Below, one piece after another: positions 1 to 12,042 of a stretch of DNA of 64,000 nt (positions are counted from its first letter, which is position 1; every line of letters starts with the position of its first letter). The notes under the pieces were generated by a model. It was not told where the DNA came from. It made no database searches and saw nothing but the letters and a program-made list of their open reading frames with translations. The stretch is taken from assembly GCA_030704615.1 (NCBI GenBank), contig CM060732.1:25482001-25546000 (forward strand), read 5' to 3'. The translations under genes and the position numbers were made by a program. Source of the stretch: Takakia lepidozioides. Its lineage: Eukaryota > Plantae > Bryophyta.

Positions 1-155
1 CCTAATGATTCAGATACAACTTAGGCCCCTCTCCCCTCCCAGCCCCTACATCTGGGTGAACAGTCTCCTCCCTTACGACAAAAGAGTCAAATTTAATTGT
101 CTCTCCCCAGGGCCATCAAATGAGATTGACCATCGCCGCCTTGCTTTTCATCCTC

Positions 156-2257
156 ATGTTGATTGACATGGTCTCCTGGAACATCAGAGGTCTAGGGTCT
201 GAACATGCTTCCTAGAAGCATGCCTCTGTCAAAGCAGCCCTGGCCCCCTACCTAGCCAAAAACGCAATCTGCTTCTTGCAAGAACACAAGCTGGACGCTC
301 GAAAAATATCCTCTCTCACTGATTATCTCTGGCCTTGTGCCAACTCTCTCTGGAAACCAACCTCCTTGGGTTCCAGAGGCGGTACATCCATCCTCTTATC
401 CCCATCCCTCTACCCCTTTCTAGTCTCAGAAAGCTCCTGGGTTCCGGGCAAGATACAATTTTGCTCCATTGACCTCCCTTCCAAAGGGGGCAGGCTAGGC
501 CTTGTAAATGTCTACACGCCCAACTCCCCGGCTGAGAGGGCTCAAACTTGGGAGTCCATTGAATTAAACATGATCGCTGAGCAGGCTGTGGATTTCTGGA
601 TCCTGGCGGGAGACATCAATATGGTGGAGTCTCCAGCCGACAGGAGAGGCCTCGGCTCTTTCAACCCAGACGTTACAGAGACCCAACAGTGGCACAACCT
701 GACCTTAAATCACAACCTCGTTGAAGTAGAAGCAACTCACCAGGGTTCTCTCTCTCCTTCAGCCCCCATCTTCACATGGTCAAATAATAGGGGCCTCCTA
801 GATCTCCAGATGGCGAGGCTGGATAGATTTTATGCCTCCGTGGATTGCATCCAATGGGCCCAGAGACTGCCCCAATTGCATATCCCACCTGGGTTTGACC
901 ACGCTATGATCCAGGCCTCTTTCATAGTCCCAAACACTTTCCCCAACGGTAAGGGCCTCTATAAGATGAACACTTCCCTTCTTTCAATTTACCCAGGGCT
1001 TGCAGATAGCATGGTCTCAGGCTGGCAATGGCTCCCAAAACCCTACAGACAAGTTCCTCTCGAAACTAAAGGTTGTGGGGGTAGCGAGCCAGCATTTAAG
1101 TAGAGACATAGCAGCCTCTAGGAAAAAGAAAGTCAGAGCCCTTACCAAGTGCCTTTCAGTCTATCAAAAGAAAATGGAGTCACCTCGGTGCGACGAAGAG
1201 ACCTTCAATACCTACCTGGAAGCCAAGCATAATCTTCAAATCTTCCACAACCTGCAAGAGCAAAAACTCAAGCTATCAGCAGGGATCAACTGGTCTTCCA
1301 AGGGAGAAAAAATGACCAAGTATTTCTTCGCTAAAACCAAACTCAGAAAAGCATCCCAATCTAGATATGAACTCACCGATCTCTCCTCTGGTGCATCCTT
1401 CTTAGACCCTAAACCCATGGCCCGCTTCACCGCCAACCACATTCAAGCCCTTTTCCGCAGTGATGTCCCCACTAACTCAACAGAGCATAGCGCCTGCTTG
1501 GCCAATACCCCTGGTCTCCCCTGCTGTTGCCGCTTCCCTGGAAGGACCCCTCTCTGAAGACGAACTGTCAGAGGCTTTGTCTAAACTTAAAGAGGGGAAG
1601 TGCCCAGGCTTGGACGGTATCCCAGTGGAGTTCTATAGGAAACTATGGCCTCACATCTCGGAGGACTTTCTAGCAATGTCCAACCACATCTTCCTCTCAA
1701 ACCACATGCCTGCAGCAATGTCACAGGGAGTCATTATTCTTCTATTTAAAAAAGGAGATAGAACTAGCCTGACCAACTACAAACCTATTACCTTTTTGAA
1801 TGTAGCGTACAAAATCATAGCAAAAGGGCTCGCACTCCGTCTTCAACCTCTTTTGCCTTCTATCATCAGACCAAGCCAATTAGGTCTCATTAAAGGGAGG
1901 TACATTATGGATAACCTGCTGCTAGCCCAAGAGTTACCCCACTACGCTCTCAAAACCCAACAGGCTATAGCCCTCCTTCTCCTTGACTTCGAAATAGCCT
2001 TCGATAGGGTGGAGTTCTTTCCTCTTAGATACCATAGCCAAGATTGGTCTGCCCCCCAGCTTCTGCCAATGGGTACGCATTCTCCTGTCAGGATCAACTA
2101 GTAGAGTTATCGTTAATGGTTCGGTCTCCAAGCCTTTCTTGCTTCAGCGATCTGTCAGACAAGGCTGCCCTCTGGCTCCCTTTCTCTTTATCATTGCAGC
2201 GGACACCTTGGGTTACATGCTGCAAGCAAATCAGCGAATCACAAGACTTAAACTCAC
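156..2257 (+). pseudogene. L1-clade LINE ORF2 (AP endonuclease + reverse transcriptase), frameshifted, interrupted at the 3' end
   Basis: ATG at 156 reads MLIDMVSWNIRGLG with a stop at 213. APE motifs: LQEHK, NVYTPN, LAGDIN, TWSN, RLDRFY, FDH. RT motifs: KCPGLDGIPVEFY, LLFKKGD..NYKPITFLNVAYKIIAK, GRYIMDN, LLLDFEIAFDRV. Split over ORFs 276-1103, 1000-1557 and 1460-2101; ends where TGTTAG starts. Confidence 0.93.
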
Positions 2258-3032
2258 TGTTAGAGGGCTGTCTGGGACTTAGACAGTTTAACGGGTTCTG
2301 TGGGGTACCCTTAATTTTACGCAGACCTACGGTGGTAGACTCAGACCAATACAGACCTTAGGGGTGACAGACACAGGCCTTAGGGGTGGTAGACAGGCTT
2401 ACACAACTTGACACAGCCTGTCACAGCCTAACACAGTCAGTCACATTCTTACACAGCCTATCACAGTCTATCACAGCCCGACACATCCAGTCACAGTCTG
2501 ACACATCCAGTCACAGCTCGGCTCAGTCACAGCCCGACACAGCTTAGCATAGCCCGTCACAACGTTCACAGGGAACGGTTATCATTGGCAGGGAACGACA
2601 TCTACAGAGGGAACGTGCATTCTGTCTTGGATGACAGTTAGTTAGTTAGGCGGTTAGAACAACTTGCAGGTAGAATAGGCAGAGTAGCGACATGGAGAGG
2701 GTCACTTCTGAGATCACTTCTTGGACATCACTTGAGGAGATCAGGCGGAGAGCATGATCTTGGAGCACATGGATGGAGATTACACAGAGGAGGAGATACG
2801 ACAAGGTGATGCTTGATTCATGCAAGCTGTAGAGATGCACTGTAGAGCAGATTAGAGACACCATGGCTTCGGCTTGATACATGATAGATAATAATATGAT
2901 TCCTATTTCATACTCACGCCGTGTAGAGAGATATGAGTGAAGTTGTGGAATAAATGCTTGAGTAGATAGAACATGGTAGATTGCAGAAGCAATCTGATAC
3001 TTAATCATAGACAGTAAGGTAACTTGCTAACA
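2258..3032 (+). mobile_element. Putative 5' LTR of a Ty3/Gypsy element inserted into the LINE RT
   Basis: Begins TGTTAG (2258) and ends CTAACA (3032), a 6-bp terminal inverted repeat. Cuts the LINE RT and is followed by a gag region. No canonical tRNA-Met PBS and no partner LTR seen. Confidence 0.6.
2400..2570. repeat. Degenerate TCACAGYC ~10-bp tandem repeats inside the putative LTR
   Basis: Repeated acacagcc / tcacagtc / tcacagcc units. Confidence 0.75.
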
Positions 3033-3089
3033 TGAATGTGAGAAGGAATACAAATAGGAAGCATCCCCATGATACACTAGTTGTAGGTC

Positions 3090-3785
3090 ATGACTGATTG
3101 TTCTGAGCGGGCTGAGTACTTAGAGATTTTCAACTCTTCTATTTTGGAGTTTCCACCTCGGATAGCTAAGGGATGGATGAGTAAAAGCCGCTCGACATTT
3201 GGCGACCATACTGGGGAACTGAGTCAAGAACAACCAGATGTGACAAGCATCTGGTGGGATCATGGTCTATGGAGAATCAAGGAATTTGATGTGAATCAAA
3301 TTCCCTATGAAACTGAGAAAGAAATATTGTCCAAACAATTATTTCAGAGGTTCTTGGAATTGCCAGACGGTTGCAAGGAAAACATTCTTAAGAGAGTGCA
3401 TGATGCTGATCCAGAGTGGAGTCTGGAGAAAGGAGTGATAAAGATTTATCAAGTGGCCTGTAGAGGGAGAGCAAGTTGGTTACCAACACTTGTTTATGTG
3501 ATAGCATTGCTATCCATTAAACATGTGGAGTTTGAAAGCTGGGAGGAACGGAAGGTGAATGCTTACACTCACATGCATGAAGAACTTGAACTGGTAAAGA
3601 ATTGGATTCCTAGGGATATCTTGTGGATCAAACTTACACCAAGAACAGCTTTTCAGACGTGCTTGCTATATGGTTATATGGTAACGGAGCCTTCTAGTAT
3701 AGCCAAGGGTGCATTAAAGCTTGAAAGAAATCAAGGCATATACAAGAGATACTACAGAAGAGAGTTTTGGTTATTGCCTCATTAA
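3090..3785 (+). CDS. Unknown 231-aa extra ORF between LTR and gag (probably continues through 3811-4056 after a stop)
   Basis: Open, protein-like ORF with no recognised motif. Its position resembles the 5' extra ORFs of large non-chromovirus Gypsy elements. Confidence 0.45.
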   Translation: MTDCSERAEYLEIFNSSILEFPPRIAKGWMSKSRSTFGDHTGELSQEQPDVTSIWWDHGLWRIKEFDVNQIPYETEKEILSKQLFQRFLELPDGCKENILKRVHDADPEWSLEKGVIKIYQVACRGRASWLPTLVYVIALLSIKHVEFESWEERKVNAYTHMHEELELVKNWIPRDILWIKLTPRTAFQTCLLYGYMVTEPSSIAKGALKLERNQGIYKRYYRREFWLLPH

Positions 3786-4045
3786 AAGATATGAAAGACA
3801 TGGGACATGAGTGATGAAAGGGAAGCTAGACTCCACAGATATTCAGCAAAAAAAAAAAAATTATTTGAAAGCTAATTATCCATATCTCTGGGAGAGAGGA
3901 ATAGACATAGGGGAATCATCTGGACCTCTCACACCATTAAGGCCAGAGAGTACATCACCCATACCGGAAGAACCAGAGCTGGATGCCACTCCTTCTTATT
4001 CTTTACAAGAAAGATTAAGATATAGAAGAAATCCAAGAGAAGAAC

Positions 4046-5920
4046 TTGGAAGATGAAAACAGAGAGAAGAATTTGGAAGATGAAGAGTATGAAGAAGTAG
4101 ACCCAACAGTTGAGGTTGAGACTACAACCAGGACATCCCAACCTGTTGGACCTGGATCAAGTGGAGCACTTGGATCACAGGCCAACAAAGGTGTCGGCTC
4201 AGGGGGATCAGGCGGGCAGCTTGAATCTGGCTCTGGGGGAACAGGGAGTGTGGGAAGTAGTGCAACTGGAGCTGAGGGTACTGCAAGTACAGGGGGGCCA
4301 GTAGCAGGGAGTGCTCATGTGCCAACACCTAGTGGGAGTTCCACCACTACAACAGCAGGTCCTCAAGGACCAACACCTACATGAGGACCAGCACTTGTCA
4401 AAGGGCAGGGTGTAGGGCCACAGATGGCGGTACCTCCAACACGAGCAAAGCCACCTTTTCCAATATATGCAGGAAAAGGGGATCCTGATGTACACATCAG
4501 CTAATTTGAGCATATGTGTATTGTGAACAATGAGAATGGTGATGATGCCAAAATGAGACTGTTTCTTTGTTCACTTATCAAGAAAGCAAGTGAATGATAT
4601 GCAAGGTTTCCTAATAATCATTTCCTAACCTGGAATGGCCTTAGTACAACATTCCGAAACAAGTTCAGGACAAGCAAAACTGAGGATGAAGTGTATAGGA
4701 ATTTACAACAGTTGAGGCAAAAGAAGCATGAAACTGTTGAAGAATATATGGAGAAAATGGAGTTAATGATGAAAAAGCTGGCTGCGGTACCAGCACCAAG
4801 ATTACAGAAGACTTGGTTTGTGAGTGGACTAAGACCTGAATTACAAAAGAAAGTGGATATGCTACCTTATAATACAGTGGAGGAGGCATTCGAAACAGCC
4901 AATAGAATTGAGCAATTGGGAATTCTCAGGAGAGATAAAAGGGATGATGAGGACTCTGAAAATGAGTCAGATGAGGAAGAAGAGCAAGAAGAAGGAAAAG
5001 TTGAAGACGGACAACTATGAAAAAAGATCTTGGAGGAAGAAATCTTGAAAAAGTACGCCACAGAGGCTGCAACACATTGGAGGAAGGGTGTTTGGGTGCA
5101 AAGTGCCAAAATGAAGGCCATACCACAGTTGAATGCCACATGAAGGAGAAACACTGTACTATCTGTAAAATGGATAACCATTCTACTGAGAATTGTTATT
5201 ACAACAGAAGGACAGCTACAAGAGAACCTAGGCAAGTGAGGGTGCATCAAGTGCAACCCCAGCCAAGAAGAAACAATGACCAGGACCACTATGGTAGGCC
5301 TGGTGGATATAACAATGGTATGGCAGGAAGAGGTAATCCAAGAGGGAATTACCAAGGCAATCCCATAGACAACTCCAAGGGGCAATTACCAGCCAAGGAA
5401 TCAGGATTATAGAAATAATCCCAGAATAGACCAAGGGCGAGGACCCAATGGTGAAGAACTGTGTTACTATTGTAACCAGGCAGGACATCGCAAAGCAGCC
5501 TGTCCATTCTGGATTAGATACCAGAATGAGATGAGAGCTCCTGTGAATGAGGGCCCAATAATGGCAGCTCACATGGTTATGCCATGTTTTGTACCAGAAG
5601 TAAGTACAATGATAGTTACCAAAAGCAAAGCTAAACTATTACCTCCAGTGGATGAGGAAGAAGATGTTAATGAAGATGGCAGTGATGTGCCTGAAGGTGA
5701 TGGGGCATGGAGAGATGAGAAGGAACTGCACAAGGAAGTGGCTGATACCATAAGGGAAATGCAGAAGGATACTAATATCCTTATGGCAGATTATTCTGAC
5801 TTTGAAAGAGAAGATGAAGAAGGTGAAGATGAAGTGAAGCAAGAGGCTTCACAGATGCAGGATAATGAATGGGCTTTGGCGGAAGTAATATGCCAATCCA
5901 AAGCTGAGATTCAATTGGGC
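4046..5920 (+). pseudogene. Ty3/Gypsy gag (Retrotrans_gag + three CCHC zinc knuckles), with stops, truncated before protease
   Basis: FPIYAGKGDPDVH..F; LRQKKHETVEEY; FVSGLRPEL. Knuckles (C)AKCQNEGHTTVEC, CTICKMDNHSTENC and CYYCNQAGHRKAAC (~5460). In-frame stops near 4382, 4502 and 4595. Confidence 0.85.
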
Positions 5921-5934
5921 AGCTATTGGCTGTG

Positions 5935-6265
5935 GCGCACACGCCGGCCCTCCCTTGACTGCCATCCAGGCCTATAGGAAGCTGACTCCTCCCAAAAATC
6001 CAAGGGGTACAACACTGCCCCACCAACAAGGACATCGTACGAGACCGTGTCTGTCACAATGGCCTTGGCTCTCGTCATTGAGCCATCTGTAGGATGATCC
6101 GGCTGTAGTCTAATAGCCAACTCACGCCGTATCATGCCCCGAGCCTGCTCTGATCCTCCCAGAGATGTCTGTATATGGAAAGGGCACGGCTCCATATCCG
6201 CCTCCGTGAGGCCCAAGCCTGCAATAGCAACTCTGCCCAGCATCAATGGCTGAGCTCCGAGTCCA
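5935..6265 (-). mobile_element. Fragment of the aspartic protease region of the DNMT-carrying Gypsy family
   Basis: Near-identical to 51289-51632 (GAQPL.LGR..IAGLG.TEADMEPCPF...SYDVLVGGAVLYP..DFWEESASYRPGWQS). Confidence 0.88.
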
Positions 6266-6308
6266 ATATCAAGCAATCAATCAGATTGCTCATGTGACAG
6301 AGAACACA

Positions 6309-7195
6309 TTAGGGCCGATTCTGATAAGAGGGAAAAACAGGGTGAATTGTGTTGAAGAAGGTGCCTTGATTACCAGTGCCTAAATTTATCAATTGTGCCA
6401 CTGCTGCTGTGGCTTCCAGTTGACCATCTACCCATGCAGGTTTTTTGTAGCTACCCTTCCACATGAAATCATAGGTAATCTGGAGCTTGAAATCCAGCCC
6501 TCTTGGATGAATATGGACCCACACTCTATCCCTGCTCCTTCAGCTATCCATACCTCTGCACAAATCATGAATACATCCTTGCCTTGCTGCTAGCAGCTGA
6601 CAATGACAGCCTAGAATTATTCCCGCAAACACCCCAAGGGCCCAACCTACTTATCACACTAGTTCCTATGCTTAATAGCATATGCTACTCTCTGTAATCC
6701 AATAGGCATTCACCTTTTTGCCTCGATTGTCCCACCATTGACTGGGGACAGAAAGTATTCATTCCACAGTTTCTCCTCGTCTTTGTTACCTGTTTGTGGA
6801 TACTTTCCTGTTGTCATATTGGCAGTATCATGTCAAAGTCACTCCAAACTATCAAAGGTTCACTCAACCAGCTAACTTGAAGAATTCAACATGAAAATCT
6901 AGGGCCGATTCTTATAAGAGGGAAAAATAGGGTGAAATGTGTTGAAGAAGGTGCCTTGATTAGCAGTGCCTGAGTTTATCAATTGTGCCGCTGTTGCTGC
7001 AGCTTCCAGTTGACCATCTACCCGTGCTGCTTCCACAGGGAATCATAGGTAATCTTGTGCTTGAAATCCGGCCCTCTTTGATGAATCTGGACCCACACTC
7101 TATCCCTGCTCCTTCAGCTATCCATGCCTCTGCACAGATTATGCATACATCCTTGCCTTACTGCTAGCAGTTGACAATGACAGCCTAGATTTGTT
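6309..7195. repeat. Local direct duplication of a ~300-bp segment (6309-6625 and 6899-7195; a third partial copy at 7473-7528 is fused to the PPR fragment)
   Basis: tagggccgattct..ataagagggaaaa..ggtgaa.tgtgttgaagaaggtgccttgat ... tgacaatgacagcctaga occurs twice; its start recurs at 7473. Confidence 0.8.
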
Positions 7196-7472
7196 CCAGC
7201 AATGCCTGTACCCATTTTTGAAAGAGCAGAAAAGACTAAAAGATGGGACAGCAGCAGAAACAAAGAGGCCCACTACCATAATGGAAGGGGCCACGAATCC
7301 CAAGAATGAAATTTAACCCTGGTGCATTCTAGCATTTCTTTCTCAAAGAAGCCCTTTACCATGACTTGATGACATCCATCTGCTGTGGCTATGAATACAG
7401 AAATGCGGGTGTAATGAAGGGGGAAGAGTACAATTGCAGGCACCCATAACTTGCAGAATTCAACCTGAAAAT

Positions 7473-8312
7473 TTAGGGGCGACTCTGATAACAGGGAAAA
7501 CAGGCTGAAATGTGTTGAGGAAGGTGCTCATAGGTCTCCAAAGCCTCCATCTCGCACCCTTGCTGTGCGTATCCTGCAATCATCGCACTCCACGACACCA
7601 CATCTCGTTCAGCCATACTTTTGAACACTCCCTTTGCATCCTCGATGCACCCACATTTTGCATACATGTCCACGAGAGTACTGTTCAGAATGACATCGGG
7701 TACAATTCCAGCTCTGACAATGTCACCATGGACCTCTTTGCCCTTTTCGGCTGCTAGGCTTGCACATGATCACCCCTTCCGCCATCATTTGATCATAGGT
7801 CTCCAAAGCCTCCTTCCCGCGGCCTTGTTGTGCATACCCCGCAAGCATCGTTCAGCCATACTGTTGCAAACTCCCTTGGCATCCGCGATGCACCCACATT
7901 TTGCATATATGTCCATGAGGGTATAGTTCAGAATGACGTCGGGTACAATTCCAGCTCTTAACCTCTTTGCCCTTTTCCAGGGCTGCCAGGCTCTCACACG
8001 CATTGCATATACAAATGAACGTGGGGTCTATGTGACCAGGTCTGGCTTTACCCCTTCCCGCATCATTTGCTCATAGGTCTCCAATGCCTCCATCCCGCAT
8101 CCATGTTGGAGAATATCCCGCGATCATGACACTCCAGGACGCGACATTTCGTTCAGCCATATTCTCAAACACTCCCTTTGTATCTCAATACTGCCACATT
8201 TGGCATACATGTCCACGAGGGTATTGTTCAGAATGACATCGGGTACAATTTCAAATTTGACAATGGCACCATGGACCTTTACCCTTCTCCAGGGGTGCTA
8301 GGCTCGCACACG
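7473..8312 (-). pseudogene. PLS-class pentatricopeptide repeat (PPR) gene fragment, ~3 degenerate PLS triplets
   Basis: Repeated VHG.IV.AGIVPDVILN.TL.DMYAKCG.I.DAKGVF.SMAERDVVSWSAMIAGYAQQG...EALE.Y, with deletions and frameshifts. Confidence 0.9.
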
Positions 8313-9091
8313 TATTCCGGCTCCATCTCAACATCTTTAACGTAGCCATAATTAAGCTCCTTCACCTCCGCTCCAATCTTGAAGGAAAACTTCAATTGGT
8401 GGTCAGGAGGTACACCCACAGGATTTATTCCCCACTTGGAGATTGCCTGGTTAAGAGTATACAAAGCTACGTGGTCTCTGCTGAAGTTTGGCGATTTTGT
8501 TGAGATGAACTCCCCACATATCTCCTTGCATATGCCAACTAGGCAATCCGCAGGTATGTTTGACTGACCACTGAACATGAAACACAACATTATGTTATCT
8601 GGATTAGATATCTCTGGCATTATTTCAGGATTGAGAGGAAAGGCCGAAGTTTGAAACAAATCATAATGTTATGGATATCAGGCCAATGTACAAATGGGCA
8701 TCCCACTTGGAATAAATGGAATTGAAATAATCTAACTTACAATTAAGCTGGAATAGGGGACATTCAATTGTGACTGCAATATGGAATAAATGGAATGGAA
8801 TAAATCAAAGTCACAATTAAACTGGAAATCTCAAAAGGTGCATATCATTTAATTGGTTTCAAAAATCATGAAGAATACTTTATTATTCAACAGTGAAGTA
8901 CGAAAACGGAGACATCGTTGGCGTTTAAATGTACTGTCATATGTGCCTGCCTAAAACTGAGATGAAGGACTATATCATGGTGATTCATGACACCCCCAGT
9001 GAATCTCTTGAAAACTTCTCGGGTACCCAGAAACTGATCCTACTGATTATTGTGGATATTCGGTGGAACCACATGGAGATTCTGAATTGGT

Positions 9092-9430
9092 TCAAATACA
9101 CTCCGGTGTGCCAGTGAATAATCTTTCCATTTCTGATGATTCCGAATGGTCGAAACTTACAGTTGACGTTAGGTGTGTATTGTGCCAAAAATGAGGCCAA
9201 TGCAGCCGACCCGGGTCCGAGGTGGCTAAAGTATCATATTGTGAGTATTCTGGGGATCCCGGAGTATACCCTGGCGATGAGGGTGTATACTTTGGGGATG
9301 CCGGAGTGTACTCTGGGGTTGAGGGAGTGTACTCTGGGAATACGGGAGTATACTCTGGGGATTCGGGTGTATAATCTTGGGTATCTGGCGTATACGCAGG
9401 GTACATAGCGCAGAAATCATTTGATTCCAC
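9092..9430 (-). CDS. Short ORF with seven RNA Pol II CTD-like heptads (YTPxSPE) in a degenerate element-like region
   Basis: YTPDTQD YTPESPE YTPVFPE YTPSTPE YTPASPK YTPSSPG YTPGSPE; 21-bp tandem repeat at about 9250-9400. Confidence 0.4.
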   Translation of the reverse strand: MESNDFCAMYPAYTPDTQDYTPESPEYTPVFPEYTPSTPEYTPASPKYTPSSPGYTPGSPEYSQYDTLATSDPGRLHWPHFWHNTHLTSTVSFDHSESSEMERLFTGTPECI

Positions 9431-10178
9431 CGATACTTCAGCTACAGGATCTCCGAAAGACCCTCCACAGTATTATTCTAGAAAAGAACTTAAAGCTGCT
9501 GACCCGGGAGGAACGTCGCAAAAATATCCTATTGGTGAATAATTGTCCTGATCGTCTGATTCAGGGGAGTAGGTGTCAGGCTCATCTGTGGATGGAATTG
9601 TAGAAACTGGAGATGATATAACATGAACTCCTTCATAAGGTCCCGTCATAATAACCGTAGCTCCGCATTCACCTTGTGAGGAGGGTGAAAGCGTTGCCTT
9701 GTGTCCGGTATGTTCCATCTCCTTCTCCTCCTTCATCAAACACGAATCCACCACACTGGAACAATCATCAAGAACTCGTGCTCAGTTACAGACTGTACAG
9801 AAGGAGACACGCGAAGAACGCGCGATTGCGCGTATTTGGTCCACAATTTTCCCTCCAGTAACGTAAAATCCGATTGTAAGCAACAACGAGGTTGCTAAGC
9901 ATGGCGAACAGAATCCATATACATGACTTTGTTCTTTCAGTCATATAAGAGTATCCTGACATCTGTTATCCCAAGAAAAATTCTTCTGAGCTGTAGGATC
10001 ATCAGAACCACGCGCGTTCGCGCGTTATTGAGTTGAGGCACATATGAACTAATTTCATCCCACTGCGAGAAGTCTACCGGAAGGACTATTAAAGTACATT
10101 GAGAACATTGAGGATTATTTAGCTGGGAGTCGTTTTTATTTATATTTAGAATAAGACTGAAACGAAGAAGTCAAATTC

Positions 10179-11050
10179 GCACGATTGCGTAAGGTTCAAT
10201 AATTGTATAATCATTTTAATTGAAAACACTAAGTTTATTGTCCTACTAATGAATGATTTTTTCGACCCCGTACAGTTTGGTATTAGCTACTATTTGATAG
10301 TGCTCCTATAGTTGACGACTTGCACTGAATGAAGCACGCGCGATCGCGCGCGCTCCTTTAAACCATTCTTGGACATCACATCTTCACTGTCTAATCTGAA
10401 ATAGTGGTCGACATAATCGATGAACAACCTAAGCGATGTTGACGACAAGTAATATTTCAAACTGCCCTGGACTTTTGGATTGATATTTGGATATTATTTT
10501 ATACTATTGTGTCCACACTGAACACCTCCACCCATCATACATAAGAGTGACCATGCCACCACATACAGGAATTATCATACTATGTGTGCATGGCAAGACA
10601 GATAAAGTGCGACGGAAGATTTTAGTTGACATTGTATAATGTGAACTAATGTCTTCCGAAACACTTTACAGTTTTGAGTATGCACTCAGACATATCCTTA
10701 TATGTTTCATCTAATCATCTGGGTATCAATGGTGTTGTTGTTGGTCGCTAGAATACAAGTACCAACCAAATGAAGCACGCGCGATCGTGCGTGCTTCTTC
10801 AGGGCATTCTTTCGCATCACATCTTCAATTTCTCATCCAATGTAGTAAACTACGGAGTCAAATTAGTTCGATTGTGCAAGGTTCAATAATTGCATAATCC
10901 TTAAAATTGAAAATATTGAGTTTATTGTCCTACTAATGAATGATTTCTTCAACCCAGTTTGGTATTAGCTACTGTTCGTTAGTGCTCCTGTAGGTGACGA
11001 CTTGTACTGAATGAAGCACGCGCGATCGCGCGTGTTTCTTCAGACCATTC
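10179..11050. repeat. Internal ~190-bp duplication (10179-10370 and 10868-11050) with recurrent CGCGCGATCGCGCG palindrome
   Basis: aaggttcaataattg...tttattgtcctactaatgaatgattt...gaatgaagcacgcgcgatcgcgcg occurs twice; partial copy at about 10770. Confidence 0.75.
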
Positions 11051-12027
11051 CCTAGCTGAAAGTGCTTACTCTAGCCTCGCTCCAAGTCCTAATTAAACCA
11101 TGTTTCGCAATACTATCACTGAAATAAACACGGGCGATTGCACGAGGTTTCTCTACAGCTTACAAAATCACTAGGAATCCCTATTTTGAGAGGCACATAA
11201 TGCAGATCATGGAAATAATCATTAATGTGCATAACCGAATCGAGCCAAAAACACAGTTCGGTATCCAGAACTGTACATGGTAAAATGAGTTCACGCGCGA
11301 TCGCGCGTGAATGGACTGTGTCATGGTACCTATACTGAGGCCTACACCATAGGCTGCAAAACCTAAACAATTGCCAGCTGTACCTACGAACCCTATGAAA
11401 TCGAAATTTCTTATGTCTCGAATCCGGAGTCGTTCCTCAAGGAAAGCGTACGTATCCCGAAATCTTCCACAATTCCCAATCCTTCTATCAACCATCCTAC
11501 CTCTTTAACCCTGGAATCAATCCAAAAATCAAAACAAGTAATCAAAACAATCAAAACAAGCAGTCATTCGCTCAAACAAGCAAACAATCAAGTGCTCAAA
11601 CAGTCAATCAAGCATGCAACTTCTACCTTCCTGTAATCTTTGTAGCCCACGAAAGAATCCCTCATTGCATGCACGAAGAAGACGGGAAATTTTTTTACCT
11701 ACTTGATGTCATTTCAGGCGAGGATCCTCCCTACAGGGCTGGATGAGCTCTCTCGCTCGGGTGCGCACAACAGCTTCCGGGATAGCGTACTCTTTTGTTT
11801 TGCCTCATTTCACTCTATCACACTCCCCCGCACACGGTGAATTGCTCAAACCCACACTCATTCCAACTTACGCTCCCTCGATCTCTCACTCTCTCGCTTC
11901 CTCGATCTCCACCTCTCAGCCTCTCTCGCTCAGTCGCTCTCTCTCGCACCTCTTCCTTGAGTCCAAAATTGAACAGGGCTTCCGCGTGTATCAAATGAAT
12001 GCAAAAGGAGACTCCTTTCGGTCACTC

Positions 12028-12042
12028 CTCCTTATATGCCTT
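12028..12042 (-). promoter_or_regulatory. Possible TATA box of a minus-strand (LTR-like) promoter
   Basis: Minus strand reads GGCATATAAGGAG, followed by a GA-rich leader-like stretch (11870-11960). Confidence 0.25.

Noticed and set aside
9092-9430. RPB1 (NRPB1) gene
   Set aside because: Only seven non-consensus heptads and no polymerase domains nearby.
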